Source of the DNA: an uncultured Candidatus Rokubacteria bacterium
Lineage (GTDB): Bacteria > Methylomirabilota > Methylomirabilia > Rokubacteriales > CSP1-6
NCBI GenBank assembly: GCA_963762145.1
Contig: CAVXJS010000007.1
Coordinates: forward strand, 192,001-256,000
Length of the DNA: 64,000 nucleotides
Direction: 5' to 3'
Shown here: piece by piece, positions 30,807 through 40,836 of the stretch
Layout of the letters: the number at the start of each line of letters is the position of its first letter
Position numbering within the stretch: position 1 is the first letter of the stretch
Made by a program: the position numbers and the translations under genes
Notes under the pieces: model-generated
The model's input: only the letters and a program-made list of their open reading frames with translations
What the model was told of the DNA's origin: nothing
The model's database searches: none

Positions 30807-31232
30807 ATGGCCCGTCGGATCCGCGTCGGCGATGTCATCGAGATCATCACCTCGCGCGGCTTCGCCTACGGGCACATCACACACATCCACAAGACAGAGC
30901 GCGCCTCCTACGGGCCACTTGTTCGGGTTCTTCCGGGCTTCTTCGTTAGCCGCCCTGGCCAGTTCGACGGCCTCGCGCGTCAGCGTCCCGTACCGATGAT
31001 GTTCTGTGCGTCCAAGGCGTTTCCGGTGTTCCGAACTACACAGGACTACGGCGTCCAGCCGAGTACCGATCCGAAGAGATGGTGGTTCTGGGACGGCGAG
31101 AAGGAATGGCTCGTCGGCAAGCTTAAGCCCGAACAGAGGCAGATGCCCATCCGTGAGATTGTCGATGGCGTGTTGCTTCGCGAGCGAATCGAGACAGGCT
31201 GGAGTCCAGCCACGGACCCGGTGTTGCGCTAG
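30807..31232 (+). CDS. Imm26-like putative immunity protein
   Basis: GDVIEI...GFAY...YGPLVRV, WWFWDGEKEW; GGAGG RBS; lower-GC codon usage than neighbours. Confidence 0.5.
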   Translation: MARRIRVGDVIEIITSRGFAYGHITHIHKTERASYGPLVRVLPGFFVSRPGQFDGLARQRPVPMMFCASKAFPVFRTTQDYGVQPSTDPKRWWFWDGEKEWLVGKLKPEQRQMPIREIVDGVLLRERIETGWSPATDPVLR

Positions 31233-31481
31233 CCCCTCTGCTTCTGCGGGTTGGATGCTTATGCGAGATTTTTCGCTTGACGGCTTGTCGTCTGTTGCGA
31301 TGGCGCGGCTTGGATCGGTCGAGAGAAGTGCGGCTGAGCGCTGCAGATCCAGCCTGTGCTGTGCAGTCCCAGCGTTTGGCACGAGCGATCATGGCAGGTC
31401 TCTAGTTCGCGTAACCTGAAGGCGTCCAGGGGGCCGTGAAACCGGGGTGTAGAGTCGTCCCAGCACGAAGGGAGACTCGCC

Positions 31482-32824
31482 ATGCCGCCACGTTCGTCGG
31501 ATCGGCCGTTCATCGTGCAGCCCACCCCCTCGCGCATCGCGGAGGTCGAGCGCCTGGGTGACGAAATCGCCGAGCTGTCCGTTCACCTCGACGCCGCGAC
31601 CGCTCGCCTGCTCACGCTGATCCGCGAGTTCGACGCCCGCGGAGGCTGGGCCAACGGCTTCCGCTCCTGCGCCGAATGGCTCGCGTGGCGCGTGAGCCTC
31701 GACCTGGGCGCCGCCCGTGAGCGGGTCCGGGTCGCGCGCGCCCTCGGAACGCTGCCCGCCCTGGCCGAGGCGCTGGCCCGGGGAGATCTCTCCTACCCAA
31801 GGTCCGCGCCTTGACTTGGATCGCGACCCCGGAGACGGAAGTCCGCCTGCTCGCGGTAGGGCGTGCGGGGACGGCGGCGCATGTGGAGTGGCGCCGCTTC
31901 GACGGCCAGGCCGACGCGCGCGAGGCCACGCGGCAGCACGCGGGGCGGGCCCTGCACGTCCAGCGGGATGAGGACGGCACGGTTGTCCTCCGCGGGCGCC
32001 TGACCCCGGAAGTCGGCGCGCTGCTCCTGCGCGCCCTGGACGCCGCCCGCGAGACCTTGTACCAGGGCCACCGCGCCCCCGCGTCCGCTCAGCCGGTCGC
32101 GGACCCGACCGCGGAGGTCCCGACACGCCCTCAGCAGCAGGCCGACGCGCTGGCCCTGCTGGCCGAGACGGCACTGCATCAGGAGTTCGACCCGGGCGCC
32201 CCCGGGGAGCGGTATCAGGTGGTGGTGCACGTGGACGCCGCGGTCCTGACGGACACGGCCACCCCCGGCCAATCCGTGCTGGAGGAGGAGGTCCACGTTT
32301 CCGCGGAAACGTCACGGCGGCTCGCGTGTGACGCAAGCCGGGTGGTGATGCGGCACGACGCGGACGGCCGGGTGGTGGAAGTCGGCGCGCGTACGCGGAC
32401 GATTCCACCAGCACTGCGGCGGGCGTTACAGCATCGGGACAAGAGCTGCCGCTTCCCGGGCTGTAACGTCCGGATCGCCGAGGGACATCATGTGCGCCAT
32501 TGGGCCAAGGGCGGCCCCACGAAGCTCTCCAACCTCGCGTTACTCTGCCGCCGGCATCACCGCGCGGTGCACGAGGAGGGCTTCCAGCTCGAGCGACTCC
32601 CTGATGGCGCGCTCCAGTTCCGGCGGCCGGATGGCCGGCCGCTGCCCGACGTCCTGGCACCGCCGGCGGTACCGATCGACGCAGCGGGAACGCTCCGGGC
32701 GCAGAACGCCGCGCAGGGGCTCCAACTCCATGCGCGCACGGGGCTCGCCCCGTGGTACGGAGAGCGGCTGGACGTGCGCTGGGCGATCGACGTGCTACAT
32801 CCGCGGGCGAGGCGATCTAGCTGA
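31482..32824 (+). CDS. DUF222 / HNH endonuclease domain protein (frameshift near 31797)
   Basis: FRSCAEWLAWR, ARERVRVARAL, RRLACDA, RDKSCRFPGC...HHVRHW..GG.T..NLALLCRRHH. Confidence 0.85.
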
Positions 32825-32827
32825 AAA

Positions 32828-35572
32828 CTACGCCGCGGACGGCTTCTCGATGGGCGCGACGCGGCGCGCCACCGGCTTCACCAGCAGCTTCAGCACCACC
32901 GGCAGGACGATCAGCGCCGCCACGAGGCCGCAGGCGGAGCCCAGGGTCAGCAGGAGGCCCAGGCTGAAGATGCCCTGGTGGCTGGCGATCATGAGGCTGC
33001 CGAAGCCCACCATGGTGGTGATGCCGTTGAGCGCGACGCCCAGCACCGCGCTGCGGGCGACGAGCGGCCCGCCGTGGGGGCGGCCCTCGAGGTGGCTCAG
33101 GATCACGTTGAGGCCGAACTCGGCCGCGGTGCCGATGATGAGCGGCAGGCCCCAGATGTTGGCCAGGTTGAACTTGATGCCGAAGACGTGCATGAGGCCG
33201 ACGGTCCACAGGACGCCCAGCACCATCGGCACGAGGCCGAGCATGCTCTCCCGCATGCGGCGAATCATGAGGATGCTGAGGCCGCCCACGAGGACGAAGG
33301 CGTAGACGCTCCCGGTGAGGTAGGCGCGCTCCATCAGCAGGGTCGCCTCGTAGGTGATGATGGGCGGCCCGGTGATGTCGGGATCCACCGTGCGGAGATC
33401 GCGCACGAACTCGGCCGCGCCCGCCTTCTCCCAGATGTCCACCTTGGGATGGACCTGGATGAGGAAGCGGCCGTTCTCGCCGATGAACTTGCGCCGGAGC
33501 TCCTCCGGCACGTCCTTGATGGTCACGGAGGTGGGCTTCAGGTTGCGCTGGAGGGTGTAGAACTTGTTCACGAAGTCCCGGTAGAGCTGGGCCTGCAGGT
33601 AGTTCAGCGCCGCCTCGGCCGAGTCCCGGTTGCTCCGCGTGAGCAGGCGCTGCACCTCGATGGTCTTGTCACGTACCACCCGGATCTCCGCCGGCAGCTT
33701 GGCTCCCGCCTCGACCGCGACCACGTCGAAGCGCCGCTTGATGTCGGCCAGCGCCTGCTTGAGCCGGTCGAGGTCGACCGTGCTCGAGCGCCCGACGCGG
33801 ATCGGGGCCACCAGGGGGGCGAAGCTCTTGATCAGCTCGATCTTCTCGGGCTGGTCGTCGGGGATCACGCGCAGGACCGAGTCGGTCTCGGAGACCGACG
33901 GCAGCTTCTCGAACGCCGCCTGCCTGGCCCGCAGCTCTTCCAGGGATGAAGCGGACGACAGGGCGTTGAACCCGGAGTGGCCCGTGCTCGAGAGAATGCG
34001 CCGCTCCCAGGCCACCGACTCGGTGCCCTTGGCCTGCAGGTTGAGCACGTTGTAGTCGAAGCCGACGCGGGTCACCGCCCAGAGCGAGAACGCGGTGAGG
34101 ATCCCGGCGCCGATCAGCACGGTGCGCGGGTAGCCCACCACCCGATCCAGGAGCGGCACGCGGATGCGCTCGAGCTGGTGCGCCCGCGGCCGCTGTCCCC
34201 GCGGGCGGTCCGCGTGCCGGCGGTCCACCAGGACCAGGATCGCGGGGAAGAGCGTGATCATGCCCACCCAGGCGATCAGGATCGCGATGCCCGCGATGAA
34301 GCCGAGCTCCTGGATGCCGCGGAAGTCGGTGAGCATCAGGACGAAGAACGTTCCGGCCGCGGTCAGCGCGCCCGCCAGCATGCCGGGACCGGTGCGCGCC
34401 GCGGTGTGCTCGAGAGCCTCGCGCAGGCTCCGGCCCAGGAAGATCTCCTCCTCGTAGCGGAAGAGGTAGTAGATCCCGTAGTCGATGCCGATGCCGACCA
34501 CGATGGAGATGAACATCACCGAGAACAGGGTGAGATGTCCGACCGTGAGGGTGATCACGCCCATGGACCAGGCCAGGGTCACCGCGAGCACGCCCAGCAT
34601 CAGGAGCGGCTTGCCGACCCGCACGAAGGCCAGGGCCATGACGAGCAGGGTGAGGGCGAAGGCGAGCACGTCCGCGATGCTGCTGTCGTGGAAGGCGGCC
34701 GTCATCTCGTCGTTTGAGAGCGCGGGCACGCCGGTGACTCCCGCCTGCACGTTCGGGAAGGCAGGCCGCAGCTTGGCGACCGCCTCGCGAATCGTCTCGA
34801 TGGCGGCCTGGTCGCCGATGAAGCTGCCCTTCTCGCTGGGCGGCGTCTCCACCAGGATGAAGAGCAGGCTCTTGTCATCGGAGAGGAAGTAGCCCGCGTC
34901 GTCGGGCGGGTCCTCGCCGAACGAGAAGAGGGTGCCCCAGGGCGAGCGGTAGGGCGCGGGGCGCTCGAGGCGGCTCGCCATCTGGTCGAGGAGCACGCGC
35001 AGGAACCGCGTGTCGACCGGCAGGTCCTTGTCCTGGAGGCCGATGTCGAAGAGGTTGGAGACGAAGGCGGCCGCCATCTGGGTGTTCACGCCCTCGAGCA
35101 GACGAGCGAGGCTCGGGTCACCCGCGAAGCTCTCCATGAACTCCTGGTGGTCGAAGATCTTGTCGCGGATCTCGCGCAGCTCGGGGGTCGTGAGATAGAG
35201 GAGCTGGCGCCCCTCGAACCGCTTGGGGTCGATCCGGTAGGCGACCCGCTGGAACTTGACCGGGGCCTCCCGGAGCGCCTCGGTGAGGCGGGCCGCGTAG
35301 GCGCGCGCGCCCTCGAAGGAGCCGGCCTCGACCACCACCACGATGTCCTCGAGCTCGCCGAACTCCTTCGCGTACTCGGTGTAGCGGGTCACGTAGCCCG
35401 CGCTCTGGGGCAGCAGTGCGCGGGTGGAGGTCTTGAAGGTGAGCGCGTGCGCGGTGTAGGCGATGGCGACCGCCGCGAGCAGGAGGGAGACCCCGACCGT
35501 GATCGCGGGCCGGCGGCAGGACAGACGCACTACCCGGCGGAGAACACGACCGGTGCGGGAAATCGCGATCAT
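32828..35572 (-). CDS. hpnN: Hopanoid-associated MMPL/RND transporter
   Basis: Two RND halves, GVTGVPAL..DE, GIGIDYGI, TTMVGFGSL; located in hpn cluster. Confidence 0.85.
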   Translation of the reverse strand: MIAISRTGRVLRRVVRLSCRRPAITVGVSLLLAAVAIAYTAHALTFKTSTRALLPQSAGYVTRYTEYAKEFGELEDIVVVVEAGSFEGARAYAARLTEALREAPVKFQRVAYRIDPKRFEGRQLLYLTTPELREIRDKIFDHQEFMESFAGDPSLARLLEGVNTQMAAAFVSNLFDIGLQDKDLPVDTRFLRVLLDQMASRLERPAPYRSPWGTLFSFGEDPPDDAGYFLSDDKSLLFILVETPPSEKGSFIGDQAAIETIREAVAKLRPAFPNVQAGVTGVPALSNDEMTAAFHDSSIADVLAFALTLLVMALAFVRVGKPLLMLGVLAVTLAWSMGVITLTVGHLTLFSVMFISIVVGIGIDYGIYYLFRYEEEIFLGRSLREALEHTAARTGPGMLAGALTAAGTFFVLMLTDFRGIQELGFIAGIAILIAWVGMITLFPAILVLVDRRHADRPRGQRPRAHQLERIRVPLLDRVVGYPRTVLIGAGILTAFSLWAVTRVGFDYNVLNLQAKGTESVAWERRILSSTGHSGFNALSSASSLEELRARQAAFEKLPSVSETDSVLRVIPDDQPEKIELIKSFAPLVAPIRVGRSSTVDLDRLKQALADIKRRFDVVAVEAGAKLPAEIRVVRDKTIEVQRLLTRSNRDSAEAALNYLQAQLYRDFVNKFYTLQRNLKPTSVTIKDVPEELRRKFIGENGRFLIQVHPKVDIWEKAGAAEFVRDLRTVDPDITGPPIITYEATLLMERAYLTGSVYAFVLVGGLSILMIRRMRESMLGLVPMVLGVLWTVGLMHVFGIKFNLANIWGLPLIIGTAAEFGLNVILSHLEGRPHGGPLVARSAVLGVALNGITTMVGFGSLMIASHQGIFSLGLLLTLGSACGLVAALIVLPVVLKLLVKPVARRVAPIEKPSAA

Positions 35573-35596
35573 GAAGCGAGAACGACGACGGCGCGG

Positions 35597-36670
35597 TTAG
35601 TCGGCGCCGTTGATGAACGTTTCCAGTCGCGTGTGCGCCAGCTCGTCCGACCACTGCTCGGGCGGCGACTTCATCAGGTAGGCCGAGGGCGCGAGCAGGG
35701 CCCCCTTGATGCCACGGTCCATCGCGATCTTGCAGGAGCGGATCGCGTCGATCACCACGCCCGCCGAGTTGGGCGAGTCCCACACCTCGAGCTTCAGCTC
35801 CACGTTGATGGGCTGGTCCCCGAAGCTGCGGCCCTCCAGGCGGATGTGCGCCCACTTCCGGTCCTCGAGCCACGGCACGTAGTCGCTCGGGCCGATGTGG
35901 ATGTTGTCGTCGGCCATGTCGTGGGCGACCTGGGAGCGGACCGCGTCCGTCTTCGAGATCTTCTTGGAGTGCAGGCGCTGACGCTCCAGCATGTTGTAGA
36001 AGTCGGTGTTGCCGCCCACGTTGAGCTGGCTGGTCCGCTCGAGCCGCACCCCGCGGTCCATGAAGAGCTTGGTCAGGATGCGGTGGACGATGGTGGCGCC
36101 CACCTGCGACTTCACGTCGTCGCCCACCACCGGCAGCCCGCGGTCCTCGAAGCGGCGGCGCCAGTACTCTTCCCGGGCGATGAAGACCGGGATGCAGTTG
36201 ACGAAGCCGCAGCCCGCGTCGAGCATCTGCTCGACGTACCACTTGGTGGCCATCTCGCTGCCCACCGGCAGGAAGTTGACCACCACGTCGGTGCGGGTCT
36301 CCCGCAGGATGCTCTTGATGTCGGCGGTGCTGCCGGGGGCCTTGGTGATGATCTGGGAGAGGTAGTGGCCCAGGCCGTCGTGGGTCATGCCTCGCTGCAC
36401 CGGCACTCCCAGGCGGGGGACCTCCGCGAAGCGGACCGTGTTGTTCGGCTTGGCCGCGATCGCCTCGCCCAGATCCAGGCCCACCTTGTTGGCGTCGATG
36501 TCGAAGGCGGCCACGAACTCGATGTCGCCGACGTGATAGCCGCCGAGCCGCGGGCGCATGAGGCCCGGGATGAAGCCGTCGTCGGGCACACCCTTGTAAT
36601 AGTGGACACCCTGGACCAGCGCGGATGCACAGTTACCGACCCCGACCACCGCCACGCGAACAGATCCCAC
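35597..36670 (-). CDS. ino1: myo-inositol-1(3)-phosphate synthase
   Basis: [36 protein letters not shown]. Confidence 0.95.
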   Translation of the reverse strand: MGSVRVAVVGVGNCASALVQGVHYYKGVPDDGFIPGLMRPRLGGYHVGDIEFVAAFDIDANKVGLDLGEAIAAKPNNTVRFAEVPRLGVPVQRGMTHDGLGHYLSQIITKAPGSTADIKSILRETRTDVVVNFLPVGSEMATKWYVEQMLDAGCGFVNCIPVFIAREEYWRRRFEDRGLPVVGDDVKSQVGATIVHRILTKLFMDRGVRLERTSQLNVGGNTDFYNMLERQRLHSKKISKTDAVRSQVAHDMADDNIHIGPSDYVPWLEDRKWAHIRLEGRSFGDQPINVELKLEVWDSPNSAGVVIDAIRSCKIAMDRGIKGALLAPSAYLMKSPPEQWSDELAHTRLETFINGAD

Positions 36671-36760
36671 GGCCGCCTCCTCAGCGCTTCGTCACCGCGA
36701 CATGCGGCGACGCGTCAGACCCAGAGAGTCTAGCACACGCGCCGGGCGCCGGCCCCAGAC

Positions 36761-37732
36761 CTAGGCCGCCGGGCGGTCGGCGCCCAGCACCAGGAACCCC
36801 ACGACGGCCCACGTGATCTCGCGCAGGCGCCGTACGAGCACGTAGGTGAGGCCCGCGGTCGCCCCCAGGCCGAAGGCCTCGAAGAAGACCACGTAGCCGC
36901 CCTCGAGCGCCCCGAGGGAGGCGGGCACCATGAAGCTGGCGAACTTCACGCCGCTCGCGAAGGATTCGACGATCAGGGCGATGCCTAACGGCGCCGGCGT
37001 CCCCAGCAGGCTCAGCACCAGGTAGATCTCGAGGCCGCCGGTGGCCCAGGCCACCGCGTGGACCACCGCGGAAGCGACGAGCCGTCGCCGGCGGTGACGG
37101 TAGAGCGCGGCCAGCGCACGGTCCAGGTCGCCCAGGCCCTGCTCGAAGCGGCCGGTCCCGCCCACGCCCACGCGCTTGGCGAGCCGGCCGAGCAGCCGTC
37201 CGCCGCCGCCGAGCGCGCCGCTGGCCTGCACGAGCGCGAAGCCGCCGACCGCGAGCACCTCCACCACCAGCAACCCGGACATGACCGGCAGGAGCCGGCC
37301 CTCCGGAGGCGTCGGGAGGGCTCTGGCCGCCAGGAGGCCGAGGGCGAGGAAGATCACCTGGCCGGCGACCACCGTGGTCTTGTCGGCGATCACCGAGACG
37401 AAGCCGTCGAGCAGCGGGAGCCGCGGCCGCAGGAGGTAGGCCTTGAGCGGATCGCCTCCGACCGACATCGTGGGCGTGGCCAGGCTCACCGCCTCCCCGG
37501 CGAGGCGGGCGCGGAAGAGGAGGAGAAAGGGCACCGGCGTGGGCAGGAGGAGCTGCCAGGCGAGCGTGTCCACCGCGGCGGCCAGCACGTACGGGAAGGC
37601 GAGCACGATCGGCAGCCGCCAGCCGAGCGTGACGAACGAGGACCAGATGGCGGCGGGACCGATCTGCGCGACGAGATACCCCACCAGGGCCAGGCCGGTG
37701 ACCACCAGGAACGGTCGGACCCAGCGGGACAC
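36761..37732 (-). CDS. Lysylphosphatidylglycerol-synthase/flippase-like membrane protein (HpnL-like)
   Basis: RLAGEAV..ATP..VGGDPLK, PASLGALEGG, LVRRLRE. Confidence 0.8.
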   Translation of the reverse strand: MSRWVRPFLVVTGLALVGYLVAQIGPAAIWSSFVTLGWRLPIVLAFPYVLAAAVDTLAWQLLLPTPVPFLLLFRARLAGEAVSLATPTMSVGGDPLKAYLLRPRLPLLDGFVSVIADKTTVVAGQVIFLALGLLAARALPTPPEGRLLPVMSGLLVVEVLAVGGFALVQASGALGGGGRLLGRLAKRVGVGGTGRFEQGLGDLDRALAALYRHRRRRLVASAVVHAVAWATGGLEIYLVLSLLGTPAPLGIALIVESFASGVKFASFMVPASLGALEGGYVVFFEAFGLGATAGLTYVLVRRLREITWAVVGFLVLGADRPAA

Positions 37733-38904
37733 TAGGCGCGCGGCCTCCAGGCGCGGGCGAGATAGCCCACCCAGTAGGCCTGCGAGCCGACCGCCACGAG
37801 CGCCGCGACCACGAAGACGAGCGACGGCGCCAGCCATCGCAACGCCACGAAGGACAGGAGCAGGACGTAGAAGACGTCGCGGCTGGTGACGTGCGTGAGC
37901 AGGCCGCCCGCGGGGGGCCGGGCCTCGATCCCGGCGGGAAGATAGCGCGTGACGACCGCGCTCAGCGTCACCCCGATCGCGGCCAGGAGCCCGACCACGA
38001 CCATGCCCGGCCCGCCGGAGCTGACGCCCAGGCCGAGGACGATGCCGGCCTGGATGATCGTGTCGACCGCCCAGTCGAGGGTGGCTCCCAGGCGCGACTC
38101 CTGGAACGTCAGGCGGGCGATCTCGCCGTCGGCATGGTCCACGATGCACGCGGCGGTGTAGGCCAGCACGCCCAGCAGGGCGCTCGCGGTGGTCGCGTGC
38201 CAGAAGCACCAGATGGCGAGCAGGCCGATCGCCAGGCTCACGAGGCTCACGTGATTCGGCGCCACCGGCGTGCGCGCCAGGAGCCGGCTGATCCGGCGCG
38301 AGCAGGGCCGGTGCAGGTGCCGGTCGATGCCGGTATCTACCGCGATGCCCAGCGTGGTCTCGAGCGCCGCCTCGGCGCGGGCCAGGTCCGAGATCTCGCG
38401 CACCGTGACGTGAGGTCCCGTCGCCTCGCGGGCCGGGGCGCCCGCGTCCGCCAGGCGGCGCGTGAGCTGCGCGCCGACCGGCCGCCCCGCCGCCAGCTCC
38501 GGCCAGAGCTCGGCGACGAGCGGCGCGGGGACGAGCGCCACCGGCGCGGAGCCGCCGGCCGACGGCGCCAGCACCGCGCCCCGCGGCGCGGGCGCGGCGA
38601 ACAGGCCGGCGAGGGCGCTCACGTGGATCAGCGAGGAGGCGGGCAGGAGCAGCCACGCGGCCGGCTCCTCCGCGGGGGCGGGGGCGCCCGGGGTGAGCCA
38701 GCGGACGGTGGCCGCGAGCGCGGGCATCCGGCGCAACGCGCGATCGGCCTCCGCGTCGTGCAGCGTCGACGGCACCGCGATCAGGGAGGCGCCGGCGCGG
38801 AGCGCCGCGACCATGGCGCGGACGACGAGGGGGCGCCCGGCGACGACGGCGGCGGCTAGAGGTCGCGCCGCCCCGTCCGGGAGATAGAGCAGGGCGCGGA
38901 CCAC
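37732..38904 (-). CDS. CDP-alcohol phosphotransferase with a degenerate NTP-transferase-like N-terminus
   Basis: PNHVS and DHADGEIARL...LGATLDWAVD signature; N-terminal VAGRPL. Confidence 0.85.
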   Translation of the reverse strand: MVRALLYLPDGAARPLAAAVVAGRPLVVRAMVAALRAGASLIAVPSTLHDAEADRALRRMPALAATVRWLTPGAPAPAEEPAAWLLLPASSLIHVSALAGLFAAPAPRGAVLAPSAGGSAPVALVPAPLVAELWPELAAGRPVGAQLTRRLADAGAPAREATGPHVTVREISDLARAEAALETTLGIAVDTGIDRHLHRPCSRRISRLLARTPVAPNHVSLVSLAIGLLAIWCFWHATTASALLGVLAYTAACIVDHADGEIARLTFQESRLGATLDWAVDTIIQAGIVLGLGVSSGGPGMVVVGLLAAIGVTLSAVVTRYLPAGIEARPPAGGLLTHVTSRDVFYVLLLSFVALRWLAPSLVFVVAALVAVGSQAYWVGYLARAWRPRA

Positions 38905-38905
38905 A

Positions 38906-39649
38906 TCAGCGCTCGAGCCGCTCGATGCCCGGGAGGATCTCGGTCTCGGCCCGGCGCAGGTCCTCCGCGAAGTCGACCTCCGTCCACGGCAGGCCCGTGA
39001 CGTCCACCCAGCCTACCGGCACGCGCGCGAGGAGCTCGTGCAGGGCGTCCTCGTACTCGTTCTCCCCGCCCGTCTCCTCGATGGATTCCTCCAGGAGGCG
39101 CACGTACTCCGGAGCGTGGGCCGCGTCGCACTTGAAGAATCCGACTCCCTCGCCGATCACGTCCCACCTCTGGGGCACGACCTTCGTGCCGAGCGCGATG
39201 ACCCGATCGTCCACCGTGTAGAGCTTGACCTCCTCGCCGGTGTCCTGGAAGGCGCGATCCAGCAGCAGCGCGCTCGGCGCGGGCGCGGCGATGAGCCGGG
39301 TCAGGAAGCGGGCGGGGAAGAGCACGTCCGCGTCCATGATCAGGGTACGGTCGGCGCTGCGCATCGTCTCGCGGGCGCACCAGAGCGAGAGCATCGAGCC
39401 CTTCCGATAGCCCGGGTTCTCGACGTAGCGGATCCGCATCGCGCCGCGCGCGGCGCCCGCGGCCCGGCGCACCTGATCCTGGCAGTGGCCGACCACCAGC
39501 ACCGACTCCTCCACTCCGCACGCCGCGAGCGCGTCCAGCATGCGATCGAGCAGCGAGCGGCCGCCCACCTCCAGCAGAGCCTTGTGGGTGGTGTCGCTGA
39601 TCGGCGCGAGCCGACGCGCCACCCCGGCGACGAGGATGACAGCCTTCAC
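38906..39649 (-). CDS. Phosphocholine/phosphonate/inositol-phosphate cytidylyltransferase family
   Basis: KAVILVAGVARRL...KALL, MDADV, WTEVDFAEDL. Confidence 0.85.
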   Translation of the reverse strand: MKAVILVAGVARRLAPISDTTHKALLEVGGRSLLDRMLDALAACGVEESVLVVGHCQDQVRRAAGAARGAMRIRYVENPGYRKGSMLSLWCARETMRSADRTLIMDADVLFPARFLTRLIAAPAPSALLLDRAFQDTGEEVKLYTVDDRVIALGTKVVPQRWDVIGEGVGFFKCDAAHAPEYVRLLEESIEETGGENEYEDALHELLARVPVGWVDVTGLPWTEVDFAEDLRRAETEILPGIERLER

Positions 39650-40836
39650 CGGATCGCGGGCCCGCCGAGGCCGGAGCGGAACCGATCGCGGATCTCTTCC
39701 GGGGAGTACGGGATGCGGGGTGCCGGCTGCTCCTCGCCGGTCACGCGGGCGAGGATGAAGCTCGGTCCGCCGCCCGCGACCGCGGTGGCCACCGCGGCGT
39801 GCAGCTCGTCGGCGCCCGCGACCGCGGTCACGCGCTCGTAGCCGGCGGCGCGCGCGAGGTGGTGGAGGCCGACCGCGCGCGAGGGAGAGGCCTGGCCGCC
39901 GGTCGATCCGTAGAGCGCGTTGTCGAACACCACGTGCGTCAGGTTGGCCGGGCGGGCGCGCCCCATCACCGGGCCGCCGCCGATCATCGGCAGGATGCCC
40001 AGGCTCATGAGCAGGTTGCCGTCGCCGTCCCAGACCACGGCGGGGCGCGCCGGCGCCGCGAGCGCCACGCCCAGGCCGATCGCGGAGGCCATGCCCATCG
40101 AGCCGATCATGTAGAAGTTCTCGATCCGGTCCTTGACCGCGAACGACTCGCGACAGATGTAGCCGTTGGCGTGAACCACGGGCTCGGTCGTCAGCGCGGA
40201 GACGGCGGCGCGCAGGGCCTCGAAGCGGGAGATGCGGGGGGCGGGGGTGGGGTCGGCCCACGGCGGCTCTGAGCGGCGCCCTTTATTTTTGTATTCGCTC
40301 GGCTCGCCTTCGGCTTCACCTCGCCCTGCTACTGCCCCATGATCTTCCGTGTCGAGGATCCCCGGCGGGAGGAGGAGGGCGACCGGCTGGCTCAGGCGCT
40401 CCGACTCGGACCGGCCCCACGCGATGTCATCCGCGATGGTCGTCGCGGAGAGCACGCGGTGCGGAATCCGGATCATCTCGAGCAGGCCCGGCGAGATCTC
40501 CCCCATCAACAGGTGCTCGGGCGCGTCCCGGCCCGCGTGGCCGCGCCACGTCACCAGCAGCAGCGCCGGGAGGCGGTACATGAGCGACAGCGAGACCAGC
40601 GCGTTGAGGCTCGTGCCGAGGCCCGAGTTCTGCATGAGGACCATCGGGCGCCGCCCGGCCAGCCAGGCCCCCGCGGCCAGGCCCACCGCCACGTCCTCGC
40701 GCACCGCCGGCACGTAGGGCAGGCGCGGGTGCGTCTCCAGGGTGGCGATGAGGCCCGAGATCATCGAGCACGGCACGCCGGTGAAAAAGTCGTAACCCTG
40801 CGTCTCGAGCTGCGCCGCGAACGCGGCGCCGTTCAC
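39646..40836 (-). CDS. TPP-dependent phosphonopyruvate/sulfopyruvate decarboxylase (fused alpha-beta)
   Basis: FFTGVPCS, MQNSGLG, WRG, FYMIGSMG, DGDG...N, YGSTGGQ. Confidence 0.88.
   Translation of the reverse strand: MNGAAFAAQLETQGYDFFTGVPCSMISGLIATLETHPRLPYVPAVREDVAVGLAAGAWLAGRRPMVLMQNSGLGTSLNALVSLSLMYRLPALLLVTWRGHAGRDAPEHLLMGEISPGLLEMIRIPHRVLSATTIADDIAWGRSESERLSQPVALLLPPGILDTEDHGAVAGRGEAEGEPSEYKNKGRRSEPPWADPTPAPRISRFEALRAAVSALTTEPVVHANGYICRESFAVKDRIENFYMIGSMGMASAIGLGVALAAPARPAVVWDGDGNLLMSLGILPMIGGGPVMGRARPANLTHVVFDNALYGSTGGQASPSRAVGLHHLARAAGYERVTAVAGADELHAAVATAVAGGGPSFILARVTGEEQPAPRIPYSPEEIRDRFRSGLGGPAIR
40292..40325 (-). repeat. Dispersed 34-bp repeat, copy 2, in frame inside the decarboxylase linker
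   Basis: 32/34 identical to 14321-14354; followed by an A-rich tract. Confidence 0.8.
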
